In this document: positions 1-13,222 of the stretch, one piece after another
How positions within the stretch are numbered: position 1 is the stretch's first letter
Layout: every line of letters begins with the position of its first letter
Source: Paragordius varius
Lineage: Eukaryota > Animalia > Nematomorpha
Length of the DNA: 64,000 nucleotides
Direction of reading: 5' to 3'
Assembly: GCA_964247055.1 (NCBI GenBank)
Contig: OZ176059.1
Span: 3,534,001-3,598,000, forward strand
Program-made: the position numbers and the translations under genes
The notes under the pieces: generated by a model
The model's database searches: none
The model's input: the letters and a program-made list of their open reading frames with translations, nothing else
Told to the model about the DNA's origin: nothing

Positions 1-1035
1 TAAGATATTATAAAAAATTTTCTACATAATCTAATGATGCTAAACATTTCAATCACCTCAAAACGTCGATTAAAAGATCTCTTTGTCTTCAAGTTAAATA
101 TAAATTTTAATAGAATCCCAATAATTTTAAAGCAAACAAACTTAATTAAAATAACTTTTTGAAATCTTTATCACTATTGAATTATATAAAATTTATTAAT
201 ATATCTAAAAGCGTTTTTATACCCTTTCCATAAAATGAATATAAAAAACGATTAACAATTTTCGGACAAATTATATCAGATAACAAACAAACCTATAAAA
301 TCCAAAATAATTTAGCATGTATTTTAAATTGAAAATAACAGAGTCGTCGTAAATAAACCTTTACATTAATTAAAGAGATGGCATATTTATGATAGGTAAA
401 AAATATAACCTTGTCCAAATAAATATTTATTCTTTGCAAGGTATTAATATTCACCTTTTTTCCTTTTATAAAGTTAAAAAACATAATATATTTAATATAC
501 TTACAAACTGTTGCGATACCTATTTAGGACCTGCTAAATATAAATTTTTGGCTAAGTATAAATATTTATATATATAACCATCTCTAAACTAATTCAATTT
601 TACAAAAACTTACTAAGATACTAACACAACTGAAACTCGCTTCATAATACCGCACAAAATTTGAATAAATATGTCGTCTTATAGACTTCAACGAATTTTT
701 AGTAATAATTTTTGGAATTTTTGTACCTAAAATTAATAAAAAATATGTTTTAAATCATTAGATTGATATAATAGATGCATTTTTAGAACCTTTATATAAT
801 GTAAAAATCCTAACACATTACTTTTTAAATATATCAAAGCGTTATAATTATTTATTAGGATATATATTTTGCACAATGATTTTTTAACATTTTATAAAAC
901 CAAAATACTGTATTTCACTGAATTTTGCTGAAATAGTCTAAAAAATTCATTAATTAATCAAAAAATATATTATTATCAATAAAGGCGGTTTTATTGAAGA
1001 ATTTAACATTTTTATTAGTAATTTAATAGTATAAA

Positions 1036-1329
1036 GAAGGGATATAAAGCACAAATGGCTTTGCGGCCGCATTTTTAGCTAACATATTTCGACGAGCCGC
1101 ATTTGGGATATATATATGCGGGCATTTATAAAAATCTATTAGATTTCAAACATAAAACTTCAAAAAGAAACCGTAATTTAACATTCTCCTTCTTGCAATT
1201 TCGATACACCTATTTAAAAAAGTTTAGGGTCAATTTTACAAAGTTGTGTAAAAATGTTTTTGCAAATTATGAATACCAACTTTTTCTGTGATCGTAGTAA
1301 AAGTCTCATATAGCCGAATGCGACCTTTG
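1036..1329 (+). mobile_element. Paralog of the hAT-type MITE at 23610
   Basis: Shared gcacaaatggctttgc.gcc.catttttagct..gagccgcatttgggatatatatgcgg; followed by gtttaaga. Confidence 0.55.
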
Positions 1330-1783
1330 GTTTAAGAACATTTGATTTTTATATTTAAGATAAATTCTAAATAAACTTTTCCAAACAATTTTCTGGCTTT
1401 TTTTGTCATTAAAAATAATTAACTGCTTATCGAAAGGTGTGATATCAGAATTGCAAGAATGATTTAAAATAAATAAATATAATTAAATATATTTTCTGAA
1501 AAATAATTATCTTTAATAAAAATTTAAATAATTATATCAATAAAAATTGATAAAATTGGTAATAAATATAGGTTGGTAATTTTAAAATAAAAAATAGTTA
1601 TTGAAAATTACCTATTTTTAAATGTAATATAAACTATAATTATATTTTAAAAAATTATAATTGTTAAACCATCAAAATAATAGAAAAAGTATAAAAAGAA
1701 ACGACAGATGATTTCTTTTCAAACATTTTTTATTAATTGTCTGATTTTTATTTATTCGAAAAAATATTCAAATTTATTTGGAA

Positions 1784-3747
1784 ATCGGTATATATTTATA
1801 ATTAGTTTATTGATATAATATTATATTTCAATTATATTATTTTAATTATTTCATGTATATATTTTTTTATTTAAATATTATGATTTTATTTAAATATTTT
1901 GATTATTTTATTTTAAATTATTTGTATATAAAACAAATAATTATTTTAATATTATTATTTAAAACTTAAATTTTGAAAAATAAATATACAATATTAGAAA
2001 AATATTGTTTGAAAATCTCAAAAATTAAATTTATAATCTATCCCAATGTTTTAACAATTAATATCCTTATAAAACATCAAAATACCTGTATATAACAATT
2101 CATATAGGTTTTTATTAATAAATAACTGGTAAAATAATATAAATTGAATCTATTATTAATAATAAACATTTCTTAAATACATTATTCATCGCTATTCTTA
2201 AGAAAAATATTAATTTGTTTTAACATTTTAGATAATTAATCTTCCATATAATAGAGTTTAATATTCATTGTGTTAATAAAATATTTTACCAATCCACGTT
2301 TATAAGCGACTTTATGTAACCTTACATTAATAATTGATTTTCATATTTAATGTTCAGTTAGTCTAGGTAACAGTTTATCTTTGCAAAGTTTCTTAAATAA
2401 TACATTAAAATTGAAATTAACGGACAAAACGTAATAATATAAAAACAAATTTTTTTTCTAAACTTGATTTAACTGACTTTTCTAACCTGAAAAGTATAAT
2501 ATAGAGATGTATATTCGCAACGCATTCAATTATATATACAATCGTAATTAAATAATTTATTTGAAAAACATTAATGTTTTTAAAATTGACTTTTGGAAAA
2601 AAATATTTGTTTTTTTTATTTTTACTTTTTGTCCGTATAATTTTAATTTTTACTGTAGTAATAACAAATAATTTTATTTCATTTTTTAGTAAATTTAATT
2701 ACAGTTCATATGGAAAGTTAATCATTAATTATATAATCATTAATATGAAACTAATTTCTGTTAACTTGATTTTAAACCATATTTTGGCGTATGCCATTTG
2801 TTTTCATTATTTATCAATCATTTTTTATATTACATTTCCAACAATGTTTTTAGATTTTGGTGATTCCACTTACAAACTTTGGTGTGATCTCGATACTAAA
2901 CTTTATAAAGTAGAACTCAAAAATCAACCAGAAACTTATATTGATGATCCATCTAAACCGGCCTAATTTATTAATTTATTGGAAAATGAAGATTTCACAA
3001 ACGATGATTTACGGAGAATTCTGAACGCTTCTTTCCATAATCTTTGCTATTTAAGGGAACATAAAAGCGAAAATACTCAACAAAATTATAACTTAGATGA
3101 TGAAAATACCGAAACCATCAAAGATGCCTTAATAATTAATTTGATAAAAGAACAGACAGAACCTTTAGATCTTTCGCTGAAAAAATCAATAAAAAGTATT
3201 AAAAAAATTACTCTGGTGTGTGACAGTATTGATTCCAATGATATAAGCATGAATGATATTAACAATCTATTTGATGATAGTAACAAAACAAAACCTAATA
3301 AGTCTTTAAACTCTTCAAAAATGGTTAATAATTATCGATGTATTCAATGTGATAAAATTTATAAGGACAAACATGTTTTAGTCACACATATTCGTTCTGT
3401 TCATGAAAAAGTTAAATACTCGTGCAAAATTTGTTCGAAAATATTTTCTAACAAAGGCAATCTTTCTAGGCATATTTATTCAGCTCATGAGAAAATTAAA
3501 GGCGAATGTCCGATTTGTAAAAAAGAAATATGCCGAAAAAGGCTATATTTCAACACATATTCAGAGTGTTCACATGAGAATTAAACATGAATGTCCAATT
3601 TGTAAAAAAGAATTTACTCAAAAATGCGCTCTTGCCACACATATTCTGGGTGTTCACAGAAAAATTAAACATGAATGTCTGATTTGTAAAAATGAATATA
3701 CTGGAAAAGGCAATCTTAACAGGCATATAAAAAATGTACATAAATGA
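1784..3747 (+). pseudogene. Zinc-finger family copy 1, 5 fingers, disabled
   Basis: Exon 2 is 2854-3747. Nonsense TAA at 2964-2966 where paralogs have TCA; frameshift near 3530 inside finger 3; exon-1 ATG is ATC at 1784. Confidence 0.85.
2403..2655. mobile_element. MITE-1 (Tc1/mariner-type, TA TSD) in the intron of copy 1
   Basis: Long TIRs ta|CAGTAAAAAT..TTATACGGACAAAACGTAA / TTTTGTCCGTATAA..TTTTTACTG|ta. Confidence 0.75.
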
Positions 3748-3818
3748 ACACTTAATTTAACATATATAATATATTAAATGTAGCATTAAATATATTTTGT
3801 TCAAATATCCATTTCGTA

Positions 3819-3824
3819 AATAAA
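3819..3824 (+). terminator. Candidate poly(A) signal AATAAA of the zinc-finger 3' UTR
   Basis: ccatttcgtAAATAAAagat about 70 nt after the stop; also after copies 3, 5 and 6. Confidence 0.5.
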
Positions 3825-4049
3825 AGATATTGAGATTCATATTATTTTATAAAGACCTTTATTGCAAAACGCATTTTCGTTAGTAGAATATTCAGGATTG
3901 TTTTACACAAAATAGAGTTAGTTTCGTAACACAACTAATTTTCTATTCAAATAATTTTCATAGGAAAAAAATTAAATTTTAATATGTATGGTTGTTTAAA
4001 AAAATTGTATTTATATTTTCATGTCCGTATAATATCAATTTTAACTGTA

Positions 4050-4253
4050 CAGTGCTTACTCACTTTATTGTTGGAAGTAGCAATACAGTAGCGTATGATA
4101 TAATAAAACTTCTGTCCATGAAGTAATAAACAAATATGTTGTAACTACAGGAAAAAATGTTTATTTCACTCCGTTTGCTAATTTTTACTCACACATTATT
4201 GTATTGCCAATTGCTAAATAAATGTAAAGTGTCTAACAATAAAGTGGGAACTG
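4050..4253. mobile_element. MITE-2 (Tc1/mariner-type, TA TSD)
   Basis: ta|CAGT..ACTCACTTTATTGTTGG ... CAATAAAGTGGGAACTG|ta; inner inverted arm gcaatacagtagcgt / tgtattgc. Confidence 0.7.
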
Positions 4254-4543
4254 TATATACTCTAAGTTTTCTATCTATAAAACAAATAGGTTCTAACGGG
4301 TTAATTTGCAAACCACGCTTTTTTAATCTAATTATCAGCTTAAACCTTCCCGATCACGTTTACCTTTTAATAAAACTTTAAAAATTGAATAAATAAAGAA
4401 TTTATAAATTTTTGGCATTAATCTATTATTTTAAAAAAAGATCAGAAATACAAAACAAAGTTAAATAATATATAAAATATAAAAAAATATTTAAAATTCT
4501 CTAATAATATTTATTAAATAAACATACAACCAAACAAGAAATA

Positions 4544-4812
4544 CAGTAATTAGTTATACCGACAAAACGTAAAAATAATAGAATATTTTCTAAAAGACAA
4601 CTGTACTTTTCGAAACGTATATTTTTTTTATATAGCTATTTATTTACAATTGTAAAATATAGAATTAATTGTTTTAGTAATATATATCTCTATTTCACAC
4701 TTTGCCATTTATAACAATGAGTTTGAAATAAATTATAATTAAAAAGTTAGGTTGTCCTTTAAAAAAATATATTCGTTTTTTTTAGTTTTGTCCGTATAAT
4801 TTTAGTTTTTTG
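4544..4812. mobile_element. MITE-1
   Basis: ta|cagtaattagttataccgacaaaacgt ... ttttgtccgtataat..tg|ta. Confidence 0.7.
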
Positions 4813-5598
4813 TAATTATAAAAACAAATATTTATTTCCAAAAGACTGTTTTACTTTATTAATCGAGATTTTTAATATAACTCATTTTTTCGAATTGTAA
4901 AATATTAAGTAGAGTGAATCGGAATCTATTATTTACAATTGGAATTTAATTGTGCAGGATAGATTTGAAAAAGATTTTTTTAGAAAAACGTAATATCGTT
5001 TTGTTTGTAAAATTAAATATTTACAAAAGTTTGATAATATTTATTAATATATTGATATAACTATTAAGTTCATATATAAAATATTGTTTTTTAAAAATTT
5101 AAATCTGTTTTGTAAATGTTTAAATTGTGGTTGTTTAATATTATTTAAGACTAACGTGTAATTTATATATATAATATAGAAATAATTGAAATGCGGACAA
5201 AACACTAAAACAAGACAAATTTTAAACCGCCATAATTTTGTTTTTTTATATATTCCTTGTTTTTAACTGCAAAGTATGAATTAGAGATATGTAAAAATTG
5301 AATTTATACGGACATAACGTTAAAATCTATAGATAAATATTTTTTATTAAAAGACGATTTTTTTTAAACCTTAGTTTTTCTTAAATAAAATATTTAATTT
5401 ACGCGTGCAATATTTAAAATTGATTTTGTCAATATACAAGTTTATTTCACACTTTGTCATTTAAAATGAGTTATATTGAAATAAATTTAATAAAGTATGG
5501 CTGTATTTTAAAAAAAATATTGATCTTTTACGTTTTATCCGTATAATTTAAGTTTTTACTGTAACTCAAATTCACAACTTCCCACAAATATTCTAATG

Positions 5599-5600
<2 letters not shown>

Positions 5601-5633
<33 letters not shown>
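5601..5633. repeat. (AT)n microsatellite; others near 8270-8300, 23120-23155, 24445-24460, 35400-35425, 36406-36435
   Basis: Directly visible. Confidence 0.95.
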
Positions 5634-5634
<1 letters not shown>

Positions 5635-7089
5635 TGACAGGAAAATGTATCAGCAATATCATGATGCTTATGGTTTAAGCCTATACCAGTAATATAAGGA
5701 TGAGTGCTCATTATCAGATAATAACATAATATAATTTCTTTAAATATTTTTTGGTTGAAAATTCTAGGCTTCATTCCAAAAAATATCACCAAAATTAAAT
5801 ATATAAAAGGCAAAATAATATTTTTAAAAATTATTTTAGGGATATCCTCAAAAGTCTCAAATTTACTAGCTCTTCTAAAATGGGCTACTCCTTTTAAAAT
5901 AAACGCAAAAATGTCAGGATTGCGCGATATTTAAATATATGTTTAAATTTGATTCTAAAAAAATTTATAAAAAAATGCAAATTTTTGTAAAATCTAAGGT
6001 TTAGCAAAATTTTGTGGAAACGTATTTCATAATATTTTTGAGGTATTATGGAAACATTAAAAGTATTTAAAATATTATAAAAACACTTTTTCTATCTAAT
6101 TCGCTGATGCTAAACTATCACCTGACAACTTTGATTGTATAATCTGTTTTTAAAGTTATAAAAATTTATTTAGAATCCCAAAAATTTGCAAGCAAACAAA
6201 CCTCTATAATTAAAATTTTAAAGCATGTTTTTAACTAATAAATAATATAGAAAAAATTTTAATATCTCAAAGCGTTTTTATACCCTTTCTATAAAATTAA
6301 AAACGAATAACAATTTTCAGTCACATTTTTTACCAAAAAAAAACAAACCTATAAAAAAATTTAGCATTTATTCTAATTGAAAATAGGAGAGCCATATAAT
6401 TAATTAAACAGATGGCATATTTTAAATTACAATAGTATTCTGTATATTATAGAGGTTAAAATAAGTAACAGGGGTTTAAAAAACCTATTCTTTGCAAGGT
6501 ATAAATATTCTCCTTTTTTTACTTTTATCAAGTTATTAGGCATAACATTTTTATCCTATGTATATTACTAAACTATTACCGATATGTGTGTTTAAGTCAC
6601 CTCAGATATGTAAATTTTTGGCTAAATATAAATAATTTCTAAAAATTTAATCATCAAAACTAATTCAAATTTTTCAAAAACCAACTACTCGAATCAAACT
6701 CGCATAAATCAGAAAAAATTTGACAAATTATGTTGAATTCAGCCTTTTATTGCTTTTATAATTATAAGTATTATATCTAGCCTCAACCTATATTATAATA
6801 ATAATTTTATTTGGTGTATTATTTATAATAATATAATATAAACTCTTAAAAACTATTAAAATTAAATTTTTATAAAATAATAACCTTTTAAATTTATATT
6901 TCGACTTTTCAATTTATTATCAGATCATAATTATTTTTTACGAAATTTAATGATTTTATCATATTTATTCAAAACAAAAATATAATTTTTTAGACTTGAA
7001 TTTTGCTAAAAATTTTACAAAATTTATTAGATTCATAAAAAATATCCTTTTATCAATAAGTCGGTTTTATTTAAGATTATTCAATTAAC

Positions 7090-7614
7090 GATTTAACAAA
7101 TGGCCTTAAGCTCAAAAAATTTTGACCGGCCGTGAAATATATATGCGGGTAAACACAGTAAAAACTAAAATTATACGGACAAAACATAAATAATAAAGAC
7201 AAATATTTTTTCTAGAAGACAACCAAAATTTTAATTTTGATCTTAATGCAACTGATTGTTTAAAATAGCAAAGTGTGTAATAGAAATATATATCACTAAT
7301 AAATTCTATATTTTACAATTATAACTAAATAGCTTAAATAGAAAAATTTAAGGTTTAAAAAAGTATGGTTGTCTTTTGAAAAAAAAAATGTTTGTTTATT
7401 TTTATTTGTCCGTATAATTTGAATATTTACTGTAATTTATCAGATTTTAAACATAAGACTTTAAAAAGAGAACGGAGGGCAACAATATATCTCGTATAAA
7501 GAAGTGTAATTATCAAAATTTCTGGATTTTGTGAACAAGTTTTTGCAAATTATAGATTTGAATTTTTCGCTGTCCGCACATAAAGTTTTGAAGGGGCGCG
7601 TGTTGGTCCCCCTG
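7090..7614 (+). mobile_element. Paralog of the hAT-type MITE, interrupted by a MITE-1
   Basis: Right end gttggtccccCTG at 7614 followed by ctttatat; MITE-1 nested at 7156-7432. Confidence 0.5.
7156..7432. mobile_element. MITE-1
   Basis: cagtaaaaactaaaattatacggacaaaac ... tttgtccgtataatttgaatatttactg|ta. Confidence 0.8.
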
Positions 7615-8050
7615 CTTTATATCATGCTATCTTCTAAGAAGTTTTTTTCAATAATAATATTGATTTCAATACAAAGGACTGTTATATTGTTTTCTCTTAG
7701 TAATAAAAAATGACATTATCACTGTAATTGAAAATAAATTTTTTTATCAAAAAAGTTTTTTCAATATAATTTAATATGATTTATTTAATTTATTAATAAA
7801 TCATCGACATTAATTACAAAAATTTAATTATTAAATTTTAAAAAAACCAAAATAAAATACAATTATATAAGATTAGTTTAAATAAATTTATTTTTAAATA
7901 AAGTTCTTTTTATATTTCAAAATTATTTTTAAATCATTAAATAATGAAAAACAATAATTGAAAAAATGAAAGGACAGACGATTTCATTTCTTAACGGTTT
8001 TTTTGATTGTCTGCTTTTTATTATTCGAAAAAATATTCAAATTTTGGAAA

Positions 8051-8268
8051 ATGGGTATATTTCAAATTTTAATATTTTTTAAATATTTAAATAATTTAAT
8101 TATTTTATTTTAAATTATTTGTATATATTAATTTAATTTTTAATTTTAATATCATTATTATTTATAACTCCAATTTTTAAATTAAATTATAAATTAATTA
8201 AATTTTGTTTAATTAATGGATTATTTTTTTAATTTAATTTAATATAATTTATCTTGTATTAAACTTAT

Positions 8269-8301
<33 letters not shown>

Positions 8302-9991
8302 TTAAGATTCGAAAATTTTGTAATTTTTTAAATTGTTTTTTATTTTATATAGTTATTGTTATCATTAATTAATTTAAAATTTATAACATAAATATAGCTA
8401 TATAATTAAAATTAAATTCATAATCAATTTTTACCAATCAATATTCCTTAATAATCATATATACGTTTTTATTGGTAAAATTTACTGATCATTTGATAAT
8501 TCTCATTATATATATTTTATTTATTTTTTTTATATTAATAACAACACCGGTTTTTTCAGAAAAACATTAAATATTTTAAAATTTTAATTAATTTTTTATT
8601 TAATAATTTTGTCAATTTAGGGTTCATTGTTTTAAATATCATACCAACCACCTTTATCAGCGACTTTCTTTAAGATATTAATTATAATTTATTTTTCAGT
8701 TGGTCTATTAACAGTTTAGCTTTGCAAAGTTTCTCAAATATTACATCAATATTGAAATTAACGGACCAAACGTAATGATATAAAAACAAATATTCTAAAA
8801 AACAAATATATTTTTAAATCTTGATTTAACTGATTTTTTTAACCTGAAAATAATATAGAGATGTATATTCGCAACGCATTTAATTATATGCTTTACAATA
8901 ATTAAATAATTTATTTGGAAAACATTAATGGTTATAAAAGTATGGTTGTCTTTTGGAAAAAAAATATTTGTCTTTATACTTTAAGGTTTTGTCCGTATAA
9001 TTCCAATTTTTACTGTATTAAGAATAAATAATTTTATTTTATTTCTGAGTAAATTTAATTACAGTTTGAATTTGAACAGTTACTCAAACAAATAATGTCA
9101 TTTAACTTAATATTAAACCGGTTTTTGGCGTGTGTCATTTTATTTCTCATTTTAAAACATTTTTTATAATTAAATTAAACAATTTTTTAGATTTTGGCGA
9201 TTCGACTTACAAACTTTGGTGTAATCTCGATACGAAACTTTATAAAAAAGAACTCAAAAATTAACAAGAAACGTATATTGATGATTCATCTAAACCGACA
9301 TCATTTATCAATTTATTGGAAAATGAAGATTTTACAAACGATGATTTACGGAGAATTTTGAACGCTTTTTTCCATAACCTTTGTTATTTAAGGGAACATA
9401 AAAGCGAGTATACTTTACAAAATAATAATTCAAATGAGGAAAATACCAAAACCAACAAAGATACCCTAATTATTGATTTGGTAGGAGAACAGACGGAACC
9501 TTTAGATCTTTCGCTGAAAAAACCACCAAAAATGAAAAAAATTACTCCGGTGTGCGACAGTATTGATTCCAATGACATAAGCTTAAATGATATTAACAAT
9601 CTAATTAATGATAACATTAATAATACAAAACCTATTGAGTTCCTATACACTCATTTGGAGAATAATCGATGTATTCAATGTGATAAAATTTATAAGGATA
9701 AACATGTTTTAACCACACATATTCGTTCGGTTTATGAACAAGTTACCGTGCAAAAGTTCAAAGTTTTTTTCAGACAAAAGCTCTCTTGCTAAGCACATTA
9801 AGTTAGTTCATGAGCAAATTAAACATGAATGTCCGATTTGCAAAAGAGAATTTACTCAAAAATATCATCTTGCAACACACATTCAATCTATTCATGAACA
9901 AGTTAAGTATCCTTGTCCGATTTGTAATAAAGATTTTTCTAGAAAAAGATCTCTTACCAAACACATTCCATCTGTTCATGAAAAAAACTAA
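8051..9991 (+). pseudogene. Zinc-finger family copy 2, 4 fingers (first two degenerate), disabled
   Basis: Exon 1 ATGG|gt at 8051-8054; exon 2 from 9191. In-frame TAA near 9262 (CAA in paralogs); deletion/frameshift near 9745 destroys finger 2. Confidence 0.85.
8744..9015. mobile_element. MITE-1 in the intron of copy 2
   Basis: Same TIR pair; same position as 2403-2655. Confidence 0.75.
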
Positions 9992-10039
9992 ACTTGATTA
10001 TCCCATATGTATATCGTTCTAATAAATTTAAATAATTGG

Positions 10040-10214
10040 ACAATGGGGATTTCACTTATGATGATTCATAATTTTTTAACTTATGGGAATATAAAAATAG
10101 AAAAACATAGCAAGCTATATCTAATCAGCCTAACAACAAAGATCAAATGTTATTGAATCCAACGAAAACCGCTTAATAATTGATTCGGTAGGACAACAGA
10201 CGAATCCTTTAGAT
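10040..10214 (+). pseudogene. Degenerate fragment of the zinc-finger gene N-terminal half
   Basis: Resembles paralog ENEDFTNDD..HN and reads LIIDSVGQQTNPLD, cut at 10214 by a hAT end. Confidence 0.65.
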
Positions 10215-10950
10215 CAGGGGTGGCCAATCTTTTTTCTGGGCTACTTTTTTGGGATTTCACGCAGGCACATATACATATTAAGTATAAAAAGATATATTAA
10301 ACACATTAGCACAAATATATATATCTCTATTTAAGGATTGGGGTGAATAGCAGTAACCATCTTAAAATAAATTTAAAAAAATAATTATTTTTGGGTAATT
10401 TATATATGAAATCCTAACTTTGTAAAAATATATATGATGATTCAGAAGACCTCTGGTTGCCACAATCAGTGTACAAATCCCAGATTTATATTATTTAATT
10501 GCGACGGATTTTAGATTAAAATAAATATAGATTTGTAGCTCTTGGCAAATACTTTATAATTTACCAGATTTTACGATTTTCCTACCCGGTTTTAAATAAA
10601 GGAATATGCTTAAAGATAGTCTTTAAGAAAAGAATGTCGGGCAGCAGTTTTGTGTTATAAGGAATCGGTGTTGACATAGTTAACTGGTTAATACAAACGA
10701 AAGATGGTTAAGTCGTGCTTTAAAAGATTAAGATTTATTACAGCTATAATTATTTAACTGACGAAAGATTATTATATCCATAGTTAAATCTGAAATTTTT
10801 TTTTGATCTTGCTACTGCAGTAAATCAATTAAATAGCAGTCATTTAAAACATAATTTTTAATTTGACGTAAACTATTAAAAATGTCGATGATATTGTCAA
10901 TATATCTCGAATATATATCCATGTTTTATCCCATTTGATAATGTGTTGAA
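10215..10950 (+). mobile_element. hAT (Buster/Charlie-type) transposon remnant: left end plus degenerate transposase
   Basis: TIR CAGGGGTGGCCAA at 10215 after ctttagat (nnnTAnnn); TNERWLSR at about 10693-10716 and FFDLATAVNQLN near 10800. No matching right end found. Confidence 0.6.
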
Positions 10951-11779
10951 TTTTTAACTAAATTACTCTCTCTATTTTCCTAAAGCAAATTTGCATTGCT
11001 TTATGAAATTTATTATCAAAATTTTTGCTACATTTTAGCTTTTCATTTTTTTGTATACGATATTTTGGGAGCAGTTTTTTATAATGGAGTTTATCGTAAA
11101 TAGACTACTGTTTTATAAGTTGTTTTGGTTAATATAATTATCAATCCTCTTCTCATGTAGATAAAAAAAATTACAGTAACCTTCTATAGCTTCTCCAAAA
11201 CCTAATAATGATAAACAGTTGATATATAATTTAATAAATGTAAACTAATTTAAAATCTATCCAGGATTTATATTTAAAATTAACGAAAAAAAATAGCGGC
11301 GAAAAAGTTTGGGATGTTATAATTACTAAAAGGCATATTTTAAATATTGGCCTGTAAAAATATTACTTAAGGTACAATATTAAATGCGAGTATGAATTTA
11401 AACCAAAAATTAATGAAATATTAAAAATATTCATTTATAGCCAAAAATTAAAAATATCTGGGTGACTTTAAAGCCACATCGGCGATAGGGTGGCAATATA
11501 TAATTGAAAAATATATAATGATTATTATAAACTTTATGGATATAAGAAAGTTGCTATTTTTAACCCTGTAAAGAACAAACTTTTAGTTAAATCAATTAAA
11601 TTATATTTAGTCATGGGTTTCAAATATAAAGTTAATTTATTCATAAATACACCATCTATATAATTACTTTTTAAAATAACCGGCCAAAATTAAAGAGGCT
11701 AAATAATTTTTCAATGGTTTGTAGAAAAAGTGTATTTCAGAAATGTTACGTTATCCTTAGTATATTCTATAAGCTTCTA

Positions 11780-12420
11780 TTAATTTACATATACTAAGAA
11801 ATGATGTTCAGTAAATGAAACATTTATATTAGAAGTTGGGCAACATTACAAAATTTCAGGTAAATTGAGTTTTAACTTCAAACAGCTCCCTGATTCTTTT
11901 ATCGTTTTCACACTCCGAATATATACATAAAAATCAGAATTTATTAATTCTAATAATAAAATTTTATAATTAAAGTGTAATTGCTAAAACTCTATAGAAG
12001 TTCATAATTTAAATAAACGTAAAATCTGATTGTTATTATTAATACAACTTTGAGGTAATGTTCTATTTATAGATCATTAGATTGAAGGTGATGTTCTGAT
12101 ATTTAACAAAAATTGATATAATTAAACATTTTTCTATTCCTTTTCCACCAGCTTCAAGGTGGGCGTCCTTATATGGTAATAGAAAAAGAAATTCCAATAA
12201 TATAAAAAACAATATAATATATTTATAAATATATCAACTAAAAATATATAAAAAAAGTACATTGTCTTTTAGATGAACAAGTCTGAATTGGTATAAAGTT
12301 TTCAATATAAGAAATAGACGGTTTAATTAAGCCACACTAAATGTAATTTTTAGTTAAAACCTGGTTTAAACCCTTATTTGAATAGAAATATAAAAATAAA
12401 ATAAATTAAAAAATTTTTTC
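11780..12420 (+). repeat. Segmental duplication, paired with about 28930-29590
   Basis: Long collinear near-identity (gaaacatttatattagaagttgggcaacattacaaaatttcag ... ttccttttccaccagcttc). Confidence 0.9.
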
Positions 12421-12982
12421 GTGATTAAGGTGTGTTTTATTTATTTGACCAAATTGTATAAAAAATGACTCAAAATCCAATCAATCACAAGAAATAAAAT
12501 AAAAAAGTGATATAAATCTAGATAAGACAATATCTCATATTTTCTGGAAATATAAGTAAATATATAACATATTGTGCAATCAAAACACTCAGCTTCTTGC
12601 TAATGAAGGTTGATAAATGTTAATCGTAAAAAAATTATCCGTTTTTTAAGATAACACATGTATCTATATGCCTGTGCGCTCTTTATGTGATTTGAATTTT
12701 TTAATTTATAATGACTAATGACTAATGGGACTTTTGCTTTTTTTATTGGTATATTAAATAAAAATTGTAGCTTACCTTAATCATTGTTAATAAAATCCTG
12801 GTCAATGAAAATATATTTAATTTTTGACCATTAACAGGTTTAATATAATAAAATTTTTAAATCAAATAATGTTTTTTTTAATTAAAAAAAGTCAAATTTT
12901 ATTCTAATGGTTAATTATAAAATCAAATATATATTATAGAGTATCATTATTAATATACTCGTAGTTATATCTTTTTAATATA

Positions 12983-13222
12983 CAGTAAAAACTGATATTA
13001 TACGGACAAAATGTAAAAAATAAAATTTGGATTTTTATATTATAACGCATTGTTTAAAAAAAAATGAAAAATAAATACACAATCAATTCTATATTTTACA
13101 ATTTTAATTAAATAGCTAATATGGAAAATAATTAATTTTATAATTAGTATGGTTGTTTTTTAGAAAAAAGGTATTTGTTTTAATATTTTTACATTTTGTC
13201 CATATAATTTCTATTTTTACTG
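12983..13222. mobile_element. MITE-1
   Basis: ta|cagtaaaaactgatattatacggacaaaatgt ... ttttgtccatataatttctatttttactg|ta. Confidence 0.82.

Noticed and set aside
293-1291. Short AT-rich ORFs rich in I/F/K/L/N/Y (also 4157, 7531, 14707, 15144, 24594, 36562, 42282, 45523, 63117)
   Set aside because: Composition expected by chance; frames are not conserved between duplicated copies.
3086-3741. Antisense and alternate-frame ORFs over zinc-finger genes (for example 3086-3286, 3550-3741, 9384-9650, 43347-43664, 48224-48430, 48498-48839 and the MNKLN-type frames)
   Set aside because: Shadows of the repetitive finger coding sequence; only the segments that continue the true frame after a frameshift were used.
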